Assembly (NCBI RefSeq): GCF_021869535.1
Contig: NW_026262637.1
Location: forward strand, 2,604,001-2,668,000
Length of the DNA stretch: 64,000 nt
From: Mytilus californianus
Lineage: Eukaryota
Direction of reading: 5' to 3'
The first letter of the stretch is position 1. Each line of letters begins with the position of its first letter. The notes under the pieces were generated by a model. The model was not told the DNA's origin. It worked only from the letters and a program-made list of their open reading frames with translations, and did no database searches. The position numbers were made by a program, and so were the translations under genes. Shown here piece after piece: positions 24,401 through 37,479 of this stretch.

Positions 24401-27189
24401 CCATCCAAGTTATAATTTGTACAAATGAACCATTATAGGTAAAATTACGATCCTCAACACGGAGCCTTGGCTCACACCAAACAGCAAGTTATTAAGGGCC
24501 TCAAAAATGACTAGTGTAAAACCATCCAACGGGAAAGCAAACGATTTAATCTATATAAAAAATAAGAAACGAAACAAATTTAGGAAGCACACCAACAAAC
24601 GACAACCAATGAACATCAGGTTTCTGATTTAGGAGAGGTACAAACAAATGCAGCGGGTTTAAACGTGTAATCAGGTACCAACCTTCACTCTTACCTGGAA
24701 CAAAGGTGTAACATCACAACAAAGAAAGACACACTATAAAATATCAAATGAAATTACTTAACTCAATCTAAAGACATATGAAAACAAACGAGTGAATATG
24801 CACTGAACGAATAAATTTGATCTATGACACAATGTAAATACAAAATCAATAAAAAATAAAAGGGGGATGAGCTAATGAACAATTTCAGAAAGACAACCTT
24901 ATCCTTGAACAAAATACCACCTTGTACATGATAAAACGATGTAAACCTGGAACAAAATGCCGCTAAATTTAATAATTTGCACAGGTAAATGAAATTAATT
25001 CTGTAAAGTAATGTAGAACGGAAACGTGTTTAACAAAATAAATCATTTTGTTGTTCGTAGTACGATTACAGTAGTGAAAATTAAACAAAGCTGTTATAAT
25101 TAAATTTCAAATAGAGAGACGAGATATAACTTTTGAAAAAGTAAACAATAAATGACAAAAAAGCATAACAAATTGTATCAACAGGTCAAATTAACACATA
25201 TGTTCATAAACATGATAAAGAAGAACATTATTATCTATTATGTCAAAAAACCATACCACAAAGGATTCTATGCAGCGACCCCTTGGTATATTTTTTAACA
25301 AATCGGGGAATAATGCTATAATGAAACTAATAATGTCGTTGTCTGTCCAAAGCCAACCGTTGCTATAACTGATGTATATCTGACCGATGAAGGAGAATCC
25401 AATAAACATCAATGTCCATCAAAACAGAGCTTTTTATGAAATAAAATACTAACATTTATTTTATCTACTATTCTATTTTTAGTTGTCAATACATTGACCA
25501 CATGTCGCAGAGAATTGGTATATTCTGCACTTGGTACAGACATGTTCAATATCAATGTCACTTAGTTCAAGTTTTTATTTTATTTAATGTGGGGGAGAAT
25601 CTGACGGTAGTTTTGATACATTTTTCTTTATATCTTATATAAAAGTAAAACACACATTCAAAACATACGATAACGAAAAGCAACTCATTGAAAACCAATC
25701 AAAACTTTAAAAAAGGACACTTGATTTCAAGGTATCAATGTGACAAAAATGTAAATTTAGGGACAGGGACATGAAACCAGTACATTACCACCAGAAACAA
25801 CTTGTAAAAGATATGTACAAATTAAGACATTTACAGAATATGGAAAAAAAAGCGTCAAAATATTTCTTGTTTTGTATCCATGAAAACCACATATACAGAT
25901 ATTACAGTATTGAGATAGAACACATATACAACATAACAATTACCGAAGAAAATAAATGTGTCAGAATTCTGTTTGAATTTCCATATTTTTCTGATTTTAT
26001 ATTATGTACGCAAATGCATGCCAAATATGAACATGATGTTTGCTGTATCGAAACCAGTTGCGATATCATCATACAATTTTGCATTCATGTTAAGCATATT
26101 TTTTGCATTTTAAAACATGCAAAAAAACTGAAATAACCATCTAGGTTTCAAAGGGTCATATCCTTAACTGAACTTTTTTTTTATTAAATTGTGTCGCCAA
26201 CTGAACCTGGTGACCTCTAAATTTAGTCAAATATGATTCTTTCGTTCTCAATTTGTTTGTATCAATTAGTTTTTATGTCCTGTATCAAGTCAGGAATATG
26301 GCAGTTGTTATCTGATAGTTCGTTTCTATGTATGTTGCATTCTTTGATGTTTTTTTGTATTGCACTTCAGTGTTCTGTTGTTTCGTTGTCTATGTGTTTC
26401 TTTCGGTTTCAGTTTGTAACCCGGATTTGTTTTATCTCAATCGAGTTATGACTTTTGAACAGCGGTATACGTCTGCTGCCTTTATTTATGAATATTTTTC
26501 TTTGATGCTAATATGGTGGATTGTACCAACCTGACACAGGCTCTTTTTTCAATAAAAGAAGTAGATTTTGTTTGTTGCTGTTAATCATATGTGTTTGTCT
26601 GTTGCTTTTGTATATAAATTAAACTGTCATGACTGTTGGGTTTCTCGTTTGATATTTTATTTAACGTTGTGTTACATTTATGGCTGGGCCTTTTATATGT
26701 TACTCATTGTTAAAGGACATGCAGTGACCTATAGTCTCTACAAAATTGTACCACTTGGTCTACGGTCGAAGGCTGTCTCATTGAAATTCATACCACATCT
26801 CCTTCTTCTTGTTATATTACACAATAAAAGACTAAAATATTCTCAAAATTAATCATTGCTAATTGTTGTCTGACTTCTGTTAAAACATTAAGCAGCTATT
26901 ATCAACATGATCAATGGTGATGTAAACAAGAGTCTATATGCTGAAATGCTGAAATGTCAAGTCTGCTTTACTTATTCGTATAAAAGAGTTTATGTTGAAA
27001 ATCTGTAATATGAAGGTTTTACTACAAATATATGAGTATCGCAACACTTTCATTTTGACATTACATCATCAATAACCCGTGACAATGAAGACACAGTCAA
27101 CTTAACCATGGCAAACAGATCGTGTTCACATTACAATTACTAAAACACCAAATTAATTTATTGATAATATTTTAGAAATAGACCAAACA

Positions 27190-27560
27190 TTCAAACCATG
27201 AAAACTTAATATTGTCCAGTGAACCATGAAAATTAGAACACGGTCAGATGAAACCTGTCAATCAAACATATACACCTCATGATCAGTCCATATGTCATAA
27301 AAAGTGATTGTATAGCTTGTAGCATCTGAGAAGCATTGGGAAATAGACCAAATCACACACACATTGTTCAATGAACCATGATATTGAGGTAAATTTCTGA
27401 TGAAACCTGCCAGTTAGACTTCCATATATACACTTTAGAATCATTCCATACACCAAATATAGTTTATCAACTGCTTATAGTATCTCAGAAATAGACTTTA
27501 TAAATGTAACTAGAATAATCTGAATCATTGATCCATGAAATAAAGTCAAGGTCTTGTGAA
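27190..27560 (+). repeat. Degenerate ~150-bp satellite-like units (CCATGAAAATGAGGTCAAGGTC family)
   Basis: Same family as the minus-oriented array at 57460-58185. Confidence 0.6.
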
Positions 27561-27599
27561 CCCCCTGGTGGAACAACTGCAATGCCAGCATTAACTTCA

Positions 27600-27880
27600 G
27601 ATGAGATGCACTATAAATTTCACTGAAACTAGAAATTCTATTTATCTAAACTGCTATTTTTTGTGAATGATGATCCAAGATATTCATGAATTTAGATATG
27701 GTGCACAATTATTATTCACTGAAACTATGCATTTTGTATTATTCCAAACTGCTATTTTAAATGAATAATCATCCAAGGTATCAATGAAATTAAGATATCA
27801 TGCACTATTCATATTCACTGAAACTATGAATTCTCATTATTCCAATTTGCATTTTTTTAAATGAATAATTATTCAAGGTT
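27600..27880. repeat. ~97-bp tandem repeat, three copies
   Basis: ttcactgaaacta recurs at ~27620, 27716 and 27815 with conserved downstream sequence. Confidence 0.8.
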
Positions 27881-28054
27881 TTCACAGTCATCCAGTAATC
27901 TGGTCTTCCTTACAAATTGTCGTTTGCTATTTTTTCAATGCACAATTTCCTTCTTGTCTAATTTAATGCGAACAATACATCATCAGCATGGCATATAAAC
28001 ATAATGCTGTAAGCGCTATTCGTAATTTCCAAACACAATAAATAACAAACACAC

Positions 28055-29380
28055 AACTAGAATTGCCATTGCCAGCAATAGCGGATGTCACCCTGGTCCG
28101 CCAATTGCCACTAAGTGGTAGCCATCTCGTTTTTTTTAACATTGAATAACATATTTACTTCACAATACAAAATTCTGCGAGTTTTCAGGAAGTCTAAAGC
28201 ATTTTGGATATTTTAACATTTGTACTGTTTCCATGGCAACAGCGGCTATTTTGAAAATTCCAAAGATGGATTGCAGATCCTCAAATACCAAAGAACATTT
28301 CCACAAAGTTTCATTCAATTAGAGACTTTCCGATTTTTCACATTCTATCTGTTTCCATGACAAGGGCAGCCATCTTGAAAATGCCAACACTCGACTGCAC
28401 TTCTGCACATGGTCATTAATATTTTGGTATAGTTCCATAACAATTGGTCCATCCAATTCAGAGAAATAGTCTGGACAAAAAGGTATAGAATAATAATAAA
28501 AACTAGATTTGCCATTGCAAGCAATAGCGGATGTCACCCTTCCCCCTATTGCCTCTAAGCGGCAGCCATTTCGAAAATTTTAAACAGTGAATGCACATAT
28601 ATGCATGGCTTTACATATTTCTGTAAATTTTCAGAACATTTGGAGTATTTTGAAATTTTTACACATTTTTGCTGTTTCCATGTCAACGGCGGCCATTTTG
28701 GAAATTCCAAAGCCAGATATCTCATTTATACTTGCCAGTTAACATTTATATTAAGTTTCATAAAGTTTGGAGCATTTTGAAATTTTTGACATTTTTGCTG
28801 GTTTCCATGGTAACAGAGACCATTTACAAAATTTTAATTACAGATGCCACATTGGAGGGAACATACAATCAAAGTTTCAATCGATTTGACCTACCATTTT
28901 AAGAAAGTAAATGCCACTTTTAGGTTTTTGGATCATTTTGACCTGTTTTGCATTGTTTCCATGGTAACGGCAGACATTTTTGAAATTCCAACGCCAAATT
29001 CCACATCTTCCAATGTTGCTCATCATTACTGTGAAGTTTCATTAAATTTTGAGCATTTTGATATTTTTGAAATATTTGGCGTAGTTTCCATGGCAATATA
29101 GTAGTTCCAGTGATTGCCAAAATCATCCAAAACCAGTATATAGTGGGCACCTACATTGTATTAAAATATCATTATTCTAAGTTTATGCATATCCAAATAA
29201 TCCACCAAACTCTAAAATTTTATTTTTTCACCTTTCTTTGGTTTCCATGGTGATGGCATCCATTTTTTAGTGCCAAAGTTGCACTGCAACTCGTAAGTCA
29301 GGGTTCCTTGTTATAGTGAACAACCATTAAGATTGGTGCATTAGGCTCTGAGAAAACTGCAGGACAAAATTAGATGGAAA

Positions 29381-29415
<35 letters not shown>

Positions 29416-29543
29416 GAAACGGAGGAAAAGCAATATGTCACCCGACCTCCGTCAGGGCGACATAATTAATAATAATAATCATAAAAAAAAAAGAAACGGA
29501 GGAAAAGTAATATGTCACCCGACCTCCGTCAGGGCGACATAAT
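28055..29543 (+). mobile_element. Helentron-associated (HINE-like) non-autonomous elements in tandem
   Basis: Two heads AACTAGA.TTGCCATTGC.AGCAATAGCGGATGTCACCC (28055, 28501), internal CCATGG..ACGGCGGCCATTTTG repeats and (AAT)n. The 3' hairpin ATGTCACCC..GGGCGACAT is duplicated at ~29435 and ~29511. Confidence 0.65.
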
Positions 29544-30361
29544 TAAAAATTAATTCACTTTTTTACAATTTGCAGATGTTAAAAGTGACCAAATGACATC
29601 TATATTCCCTATGCATCAATGTGCATATGTAGTCAACTTTATATTCTGGCTGGGAATCATGCTCAAACCGATGATAATTATACCAAAAAATTACAGGTCA
29701 AATGAATATGTTCAAACTGTGAGAAAATTACATATATATTTACACTAAAGTAAAACATACATGTTAGCATGCCAGCTATATAAAACCCTGAAAAGGGGGG
29801 AGTGACAAAATGTTTTATCAAAATTGCCATAAGACTGTAGTGATATGAATGAAAGGGGGAAAATAACAACGATGCATGTACTACAATGATTAAGTGATTG
29901 AAAAAATAATGTAGGAAATCACTTATTAGTAATGAGGTAGGGAGTATACATCATTCTTACTAGGATATTACAGATGTGTTTCAGTGGAAATTTTTATCAA
30001 CAGTTTGGCAGGTGACATTCTTCGTCAATGATATCAAACTACAAATTTAATGTGTTTCATTCAAAACTTGAATATAATGTTTCTTTACTTTAAGCAGTAA
30101 ATGCTTCTTATATTAGACATTGTTTCTAATTATTTGTCAACAGACCAGTTCTCATATGGACAACTTCTGTCCTAAGGCATAATCTGGACTTATACATATA
30201 TATATATATATACAAAAAATTTCACTTCAGCATGTTATACAATTAAAATACAGATATGACTGGGTAAACTGATATACAGTGACAGCACTTCTAACAAAGA
30301 TCTGTCATATCATTATGTGTTTTCTTTATAATTATAGTTGACAGTATAGTTTATTACTTAC

Positions 30362-30433
30362 ATGAAATTCACATTTAAGTAATCCGCAAAAGTACCATTG
30401 TGTAAGGTTCTAATGGCGTTGTCAGACAAATCT
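30362..30433 (-). CDS. LRR gene exon 2 (72 nt, unique): DLSDNAIRTLHNGTFADYLNVNF
   Basis: gtttttttttaatatAG acceptor, GTAAGT donor. Junction codons TT+A=Leu with exon 1 and AT+T=Ile with exon 3. Confidence 0.87.
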
Positions 30434-30867
30434 CTATATTAAAAAAAAACACACAAAATTACAGTTCTATTTTACAAATTCAATCTTTTATTCTGAAAAT
30501 ATTGATATATTTCGAATGAATAAGTTACTAACAATTGCTAATACTGTATGTTGTAGTCACATCTTCCTGTGCTATTATTTAGCTGGAAATGTAAAACGGT
30601 AGAGATACAATACCCTGGTCAGATACTCTGATTAATATCAATCATCAACTGTGTCGATGTATTGCGAGAAATGACAGAATGTAGAAATTTCTTGGGGTCA
30701 TTAAGCATGGAACAGTGGTCAATTACATTAGGGTCCCTAAATTAGTTTGTGTGACCATTCTTCAAAAGGACGAAGTAGAACAAAAAGTCACAATGAAAAA
30801 GGTAACAATTCAGATTAGAAAACAAATATTCTCTGATTTACAAATGACTTATGTTTAATCTATTTGG

Positions 30868-32987
30868 GGGTCCCTGTAAAGTGAGGAAAGAAACAGAAAC
30901 AAAACCGAGCGAAACGAAACGAAACGAAATACAGCTAAACAAAACGAAACACGGCGAAAATAAACGAAACATGTAAATTGAGAAACGAAACACAACGAAA
31001 CGAAACAAAATATCTGTATTTTGAGGAACGACCCATAAAAAATCTTCCTGACGAGATAGTGTATTATGATGTGTATATGTGCATGGCCGAAAATCATTGA
31101 GGGCGGTTAAGTGGGAGTCTTTTATCGAAAAATCTTATTGTTTGCTTAAAAATTGTATACAAATATACTCGGTGGTAAGTTTATCTTTTTGGATAATAAC
31201 GCATCCCCATTTCCTTTCACCCATAATCTGTCTCTGTTGGTTTTCTTTTTACAAAAGATCTGACTTAATGTGTGCATAACTACACGATTAACGGTTTATT
31301 TGAAGACACATTACATACTGGGCTTAATTTCATGGATTATTGCACTAAAAAGAACGCATTACATACCAGTTCTGTTTTCTGTGCTTTGTATTTGTCGATG
31401 CTTTATAGTCCCATATGTTGTTATCGTTAATAATAATATGATATTATAGAATGTATTTCTTAAGAAATAATTCATGGCAGCAGAAGATTTGTTCTCATTT
31501 AACCATGGCTTGGGCATTTATATTCGATTTTTTTTTATGGGGGGAGCGACAGCGAGGGGTAAAATACGAATATAAATGTTCAACCCATGGTTAAATGAAA
31601 ACAAATCTACGACTGCATGAAATATTTCGATTATAACAGCTAAGGACACATTCGGTAATTTTGTTAACCGTGAAAGCCCTATACACACCTTAGTGTTTTG
31701 GCTGTTCTGTTTTACCCCGATATGATAATATTAGTAATATAATATAATTCAATAATAATGTTTTTTTTTAAATCGCATTGTTCACCTAAAAATATTCATC
31801 TATTGTAATTTCATTGCATTCTGAAGCGCACAAGAAGCTTTAAAACGCCCGGTGTTTACATTTGATTTTTTGTTTACGGAAGCATTCATATGACGTCACC
31901 TTGTTTTGATGCCATGCAAACACGATTTCGCTGAATTTTCATTTTAGGAAATTTTACAACGAAAAATCAATTGAAATGGACTGATTTGTTTATTATGTTT
32001 TAAAATAGAGATATCTATTTGAATCTGATTCTTGGCCTACGTAAACTGTGGATTTTGAAGTCGAAAATTGTGAATATTTGGTAGTATAAATATGTTTTGC
32101 GTAACGCAGAACAGCCAGTTTTGTGTATCTATGCCCTTGCGATAAAAGTAGATATACTGTGGTTATATTTGTTGACGAAAATACATAAAGGTCGTCATAC
32201 TAAAATGTTCATCCTATCACGTCTGTTTATATCATTGTATATGCAACAATCTGCAATAGGTCGTTTTTATTTATTGTTAATGAGTTTGTGCCAATTAAGG
32301 TTATTACATGCATTCACGAATGAACTACGAAGTACATTAAGGCATCTCCATAAATGTAAAGTCGATGGTACATGTTGCAAGTAGGTATATATGAATTGAA
32401 CTTGAAACTAAAAGAAAAAGAAACGAAACAAAACAAGAATATCCATATCATCTGGCCTCTGTATGACTCGCTTAACTATAACATTGTCATGTTCATTGAA
32501 TCGCAAATTATAGTTTAAATATCTGATTTGGCATATAAATGAAAAAGACTATGTTATAACGAACATGATTATAGTTTAGAGTTGACGTGAACACAACTCC
32601 ATTCTAATTCAATCTACCTTAACAAACAACATAAACCTACATGTAGTATTAGACGGACTGACTAATGGTCGGCAGCACAGACCAGAAAACATTATGTCCT
32701 ACTATTGTAGGCGGGACATACAAATCCTATTCACAAAGAAATAATGGCCAACTCACGATATATTCAGACGATTTCAATTCTGCTCATGTCATGTCCCCCT
32801 TTCCCCCTAAAATAACGCTTAAAATTTACTGTTTCACTTCAACCTTTTTAATTTACATGTCTGGTTTCGTTCCGTTTCGTTTCGCTGTGTTTCATTTCGT
32901 GTCGGTGTGTTTCGTTTTGATTCGCTGTGTTTCGTTTAGTTTCGCTGTGTTTGGTTTCTGTTCCGCTTCCCACTTTATAGGGACCCT
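30868..32987. mobile_element. Inverted pair of GGGTCCCT(A/G)TAAAGTG ends with (GAAAC)n subterminal tracts; possible ~2.1-kb TIR element
   Basis: gggtccctgtaaagtgaggaaagaaacagaaac at 30868 and the inverse gtttctgttccgcttcccactttatagggaccc ending at 32986. No TSD seen. Confidence 0.55.
31463..31629. repeat. Fold-back palindrome with ~55-bp arms around a GCGACAGCGAG centre
   Basis: tcatgg...catttaaccatggcttgggcatttatattcg is inverted as cgaatataaatgttcaacccatggttaaatg...catga. Confidence 0.8.
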
Positions 32988-33344
32988 TTCATTCATCAGG
33001 CTTATTTGATATAATATACTGTCCTTTGTGTGTAGCTATTGTAAATCTATGCTTTCGGATAATAACAATTTTAGGCTTACAAATCTTCATTTTAAAATGT
33101 ATTAAACCTTAAACTTTTTTGTATAAGATGTAAAAGAGGGGCGAAAGATATACTTTTTTCAAAACGGACTAAAGTCGTTAATATAAATCAAAATTAAGAA
33201 ACTGAATGGTTATATTAATACACATGCTATATTAATCTTCATAAACTCAAATGTTGCAAACCACTTGTCCTCCCTCCTAGAAAAATCTGTTGTTGTCCCC
33301 TTAGAAAGAGACCCAACCAGCATCGTTTGTGTGTGTAGATCACA

Positions 33345-33960
33345 TTACATAAAAGAGGGGCGAAAAATACCAAAGGGACAGTCAAACTCATAGATCGAAA
33401 ATAAACTGACAACGCCATGGCTAAAAATGAAAAAGACAAACAGACAAATAATAGTACACATGACACAACATAGAAAACAACAGAATTAGCAACACGAATC
33501 CCACCAAAAAAAATCTTGGGGTGATCTCAGATGCTTCGGAAGGGTAAGCAGATCCTGCTCTACATGTGGCACCCATCGTGTTGCTGCGTGATAAATGAAT
33601 TAGGTATGGACAACTCACTTTGAAACTCAAAATATACCCCTACGACCCTAACGCAACAGGAAATCCTGAATAATAATAGGCCTGTTCTATTCCTTTGCAA
33701 TTTCGACCAGAGATGAAGAATTTGATCTTTCATCACTGTATTCGATACCTAAACTACGCAAATGTCCTTACAAACAATGAAAAATTGCTTTGTCTCCTTA
33801 GTGCTCTACGAAACCTCTTTCTGAAATTTTAACATCAATGTTATCAGTAATCAAAGCTTGGCATCAAATTTATTGTAACACTACCTATTCTAGAGGTGGT
33901 GTAATCAAATGTGTATTCTAATAAAATCATAAAATTTTAAAGAGTATATACAATCTAAGT
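33345..33960. mobile_element. Penelope-like retroelement fragments: 3' tail (-, 33345-33600) next to decayed RT N-terminal part (+, ~33680-33960)
   Basis: Plus strand reads as a decayed ...SLYSIPKLRKCPYKQ...CSTKPLS..LTS...YSRGG... segment. The minus part matches the tail of 12340-12774. Confidence 0.65.
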
Positions 33961-34124
33961 TCGATAAGATATATTCTTTCAACACAGTCATCAAATTTTT
34001 GAATTATTCACTTCATCTTTATAGCGGATAGTAAAAGTTAAAAGATACCGCATAAGGAGTATATATATCAGATATCATTCGATATTCTAGGGCTCATAAG
34101 GAAGCTATAAGACCGAGCGGTGCA

Positions 34125-34443
34125 GTTCATATCCGGAATGTCAACAACTACAAGTACGTAGGTATAGCTCGGCTATAAGTATCGAATATCATATGACCTC
34201 CATTGACGTTTATTTTTGACGATTTTAGTTAAATGCATTTGTTTCCGGTTAATATATAATCTCCAAAACAATGTGGTATGATTGCGAATGAGACAATTCT
34301 TCAAAAAAGACCAACATGACGCAGAAATGAACAACTATAGGTCACCGCAATCATACCAAATCTTCTTTTTTAAGATATTCAATACTATTCGTAGCCGAGC
34401 TATACTACGTACTTGAGAAATTGTTGACATTCCTAATATGAAC
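34125..34443. mobile_element. MITE-like element with ~55-bp imperfect TIRs around an M1 head
   Basis: gttcatatccggaatgtcaacaactacaagtacgtaggtatagctcggcta versus tagccgagctatactacgtacttgagaaattgttgacattcctaatatgaac. Confidence 0.7.
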
Positions 34444-34882
34444 ATACCACAAGGTTGTTAGCAAAGTGATTAAGCATTAAACCCTCATTTTTGTCTTTAC
34501 CAGTTTACATTAATTGTATACTTTTAGGCATTGGCGTTGTAAAATCATTTCATGATAAGAATATTTTATCTAGTTTTTTTTCCTATTATCATTGAACCAT
34601 TCAGGTCGGCCTTTTGTCGTTTCCTGTATGTAAAGTGTGCAATTTTCCATAAATTTAGTCAGGAATACATTTTACTTATTTTGTTCGAAGTACTTAGACT
34701 TTTACTGAAGTTCAATGTTTGCGATTTGAATGTTCTTTATCAGCAGTCCGTTCTATTAGTCTCAACAAGTCATTTTAAAAGTTTAGTAATTGCAGTTAAA
34801 TGAGGATATTGTACTATGAAATCTTGTATACAATATATGATATATAACATGTGTTTTTTTTTTACATATACTAACTACATAC

Positions 34883-35070
34883 AACTCTAATGTTGACTCA
34901 GGGAAGCTTGGTATTTCTATTATCCCTCTTCTGTCGCAGACATACCGAGGTCCTTTGGTCTCACACACCATTTCACAAATTGATATTATCTTACAATCTT
35001 CGTTGGCATTGCAACTCACTTCAATCAATAATAATAGTGTTATTTCCTTGCATCTAAGCAAAACGGACAT
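34883..35070 (-). CDS. LRR gene first coding exon: signal peptide plus Cys-rich LRR N-cap (MSVLLRCKEITLLLLIEVSCNANEDCKIISICEMVCETKGPRYVCDRRGIIEIPSFPESTLE)
   Basis: ATG at 35070 with an in-frame TAA upstream. Acceptor ccctttgcAG at 35091-35090 implies a further 5' UTR exon. The C..C..C...CxxxxIxxIP cap is present. 188 nt ending in phase 2 at GTATGT. Confidence 0.88.
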
Positions 35071-35502
35071 TTCTATTCTTTATTTTTTCCTGCAAAGGGT
35101 ATTGATGACAAAGTTATAGAGAACATTTTTGAATAGTGTTTTCATTTTTATGTGCACAGCAAACATATATTTATTTATTGGTTTCTGTGTTTATTAATTT
35201 ATTAACTTGTTGTATACAAAAGACGTCATGTAATATTGCTATTTGTTTTTAGCTTTTTTTTTATTTTGCAAAATATAGTACCAACGAAATACGAAACACA
35301 AACTTGTTAAGACAAAAGAGTTGGTGTAAATATGAATCTTCTTTGCTTATCAAATATGCAAACGACTTTATACTAGATATTGAAAGAATGTTTCTCAATT
35401 TTTTTATTTTAGTTCGTGTACTAATAAACACACATTTAGTGTTGACTGCAAAGTTCCATAAAAAACACTAAGAGTCCTAAATGTCTGCCAATAAATCTGA
35501 TT

Positions 35503-35878
35503 AAGGGAGATGCATGGTATACCGCCATGTTTGATTGTACAATAGCAGTAAACAATCGGACTAAATCTTTGTTCAAATCTGCAAATATGGAAACATATTT
35601 ACAATCTATTAGTTAGACTGTTTATTTATATAAAGAAAATTTAGTGAGTAATAGCATTATCTAAATGTTTAATCAAATACCAACTATTTGTGTTTTTTCA
35701 AATAATTTTTTCAACTAAGCCATTTAAGAGGAGATAACTCTTTTAGTAAACAAATATACTGGACTGATAGGAACAATTATATGACAAAAAATATTTCTTT
35801 TATCTCTCTAACATAACCATTTTAATAAACATATCATTAGCGAATATCAATTCTCTTCCGATCTGATTTGCATCCCCT
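35503..35878. mobile_element. Short MITE-like element with AGGG(A)GATGCA ends
   Basis: ttaagggagatgca at 35501 and tgcatcccctta at 35869-35880; TSD imperfect. Confidence 0.45.
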
Positions 35879-36049
35879 TATCTACAAAATCCCAGGCAGT
35901 GCCTTTCAAATGAAAATATAGCGGTTGTACTCTATCGAAATGTTATCTATATTGAAATATAATTGAACCTAAAGGTATTAATATAAAAACAGATCATGTA
36001 ATTACAAACTACCAAGACTAACATGGCTACAATCCTCTAAACTAACAAT

Positions 36050-37165
36050 TAGTGTAAACATATTCAGGTAAAGTAATGTACACAAAAAGGCATTTACATA
36101 ATAATACAAGTGAATAATTAATAGGATCCAGAAACAAGCTGTTAGCTTATATTAATCCGTTTCCTAATTCAAATAAGAACATTTCATATTGTAATACTCA
36201 AGGAGTAGAGTGTTAAAAAAATAACAATGTTACATTAGATGGAAAGAAACAAAACTTATAATAAGGTTGTGAACACATAAGAAAGGAAAAAAAATATATA
36301 TATACATCGGAAATACAATAATAAAGTGTATGTTTCTGGACGGACACAATTATTTTAGATATAAGTATTACTTGTTGAACAAGATGAGTGCTATCATATG
36401 ACAAATCTTTTGCTACTGAGTATAAATGTTTGAACTGCCAAGAATATTTCAATGTTTTGTTCGTAGCTGAAATCCGTTGAACCGTGTAGCAAGATTTCTT
36501 CCGACAAGAAATGTATGATATTGATATTATAAAAATGCTGTTCACGCATAATGTGAAATCGGGGGCAGTGCAACAAGTAATACGCTGTTGTTTCTATAGC
36601 ACCACATAAACAAAGTGGCGAGGCCACTATATTTTTAACAAAAATATGTTGATTTAGAGAACTGCATTGCATACGAAGTCTTGAGTGATAAATTTGACCT
36701 AATCGCTTACCAATGTAAAAAAAAATTGGAGGTTTAGTCACCCGAGACTGAACACAATTCCTGAATGCCCCCAACGAAGTACTGGTCTTAGCATTCTCAG
36801 GGAGGATATTCCATGAACGTAGAGTTGCCGGTAAATTATAATTCGAATTCAGGGCTGTTCTTGTTCGAACAGGGGGGATTAGGGACGAGTTTCTCGTATT
36901 ATGATCATGTATGGTTGCATGGGATTCTGGAACTAAGGTTGATAAATATTCCGGAGTAATATTATTTTTCATCTTGTAAAAATAAATTAATCTGTGGGCC
37001 TCCCTTCGATCTTTAAGCTTTTCCCAACCCATTTCGAGATATAATCTCTCTAGGGACACCAACCTAGTACCCCCAGTTACGATCCTGGCAGCCTCTATTT
37101 GTACTTTTTTAATCTTATCAATCACAAGAATGTGTGTTGTTGTCCCAGATGACATCAACATATTC
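36050..37165 (-). mobile_element. 5'-truncated CR1-group LINE (ORF2 C-terminus plus 3' UTR)
   Basis: ORF 36394-37161: QIEAARIVTG, LGWEKL-like MGWEKLKDRR, WNILP, LCLCGAIETTAYYLLHCPRF. The left boundary is approximate. Confidence 0.85.
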
Positions 37166-37479
37166 TAATAATGGTCTTATATATGTAAGGTATATGGTCT
37201 CGAGTGTTCGTCTGTCAAGGATGAATTTAAATTTTCGTAGAACATTCAGTCGTTTGTATGCCTTTTCGGTTATTACATCAATATGTTTATGCCAAGTGCC
37301 ATAGTTTGAAATATGTAATCCAAGGTGTTTATGGGTTGATACCTCAGTTACAGTTACGTTGTTCCTATTTCAGTGTAGTAAACAAAACAAGACAACTCAG
37401 TTTCACATATATATAACAAACACAATTACCGATTACTTTTCAAAATATATTAGAATCACTCTGCTTTAATCAAAAAATT

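Noticed and set aside
25191-25412. 73-aa minus-strand ORF inside LRR intron 2
   Set aside because: No in-phase splice sites or LRR motif, and no recognisable domain.
29961-30038. 78-nt AG/GT-bounded segment as an extra LRR exon
   Set aside because: Stop codons in all three frames and no LRR pattern.
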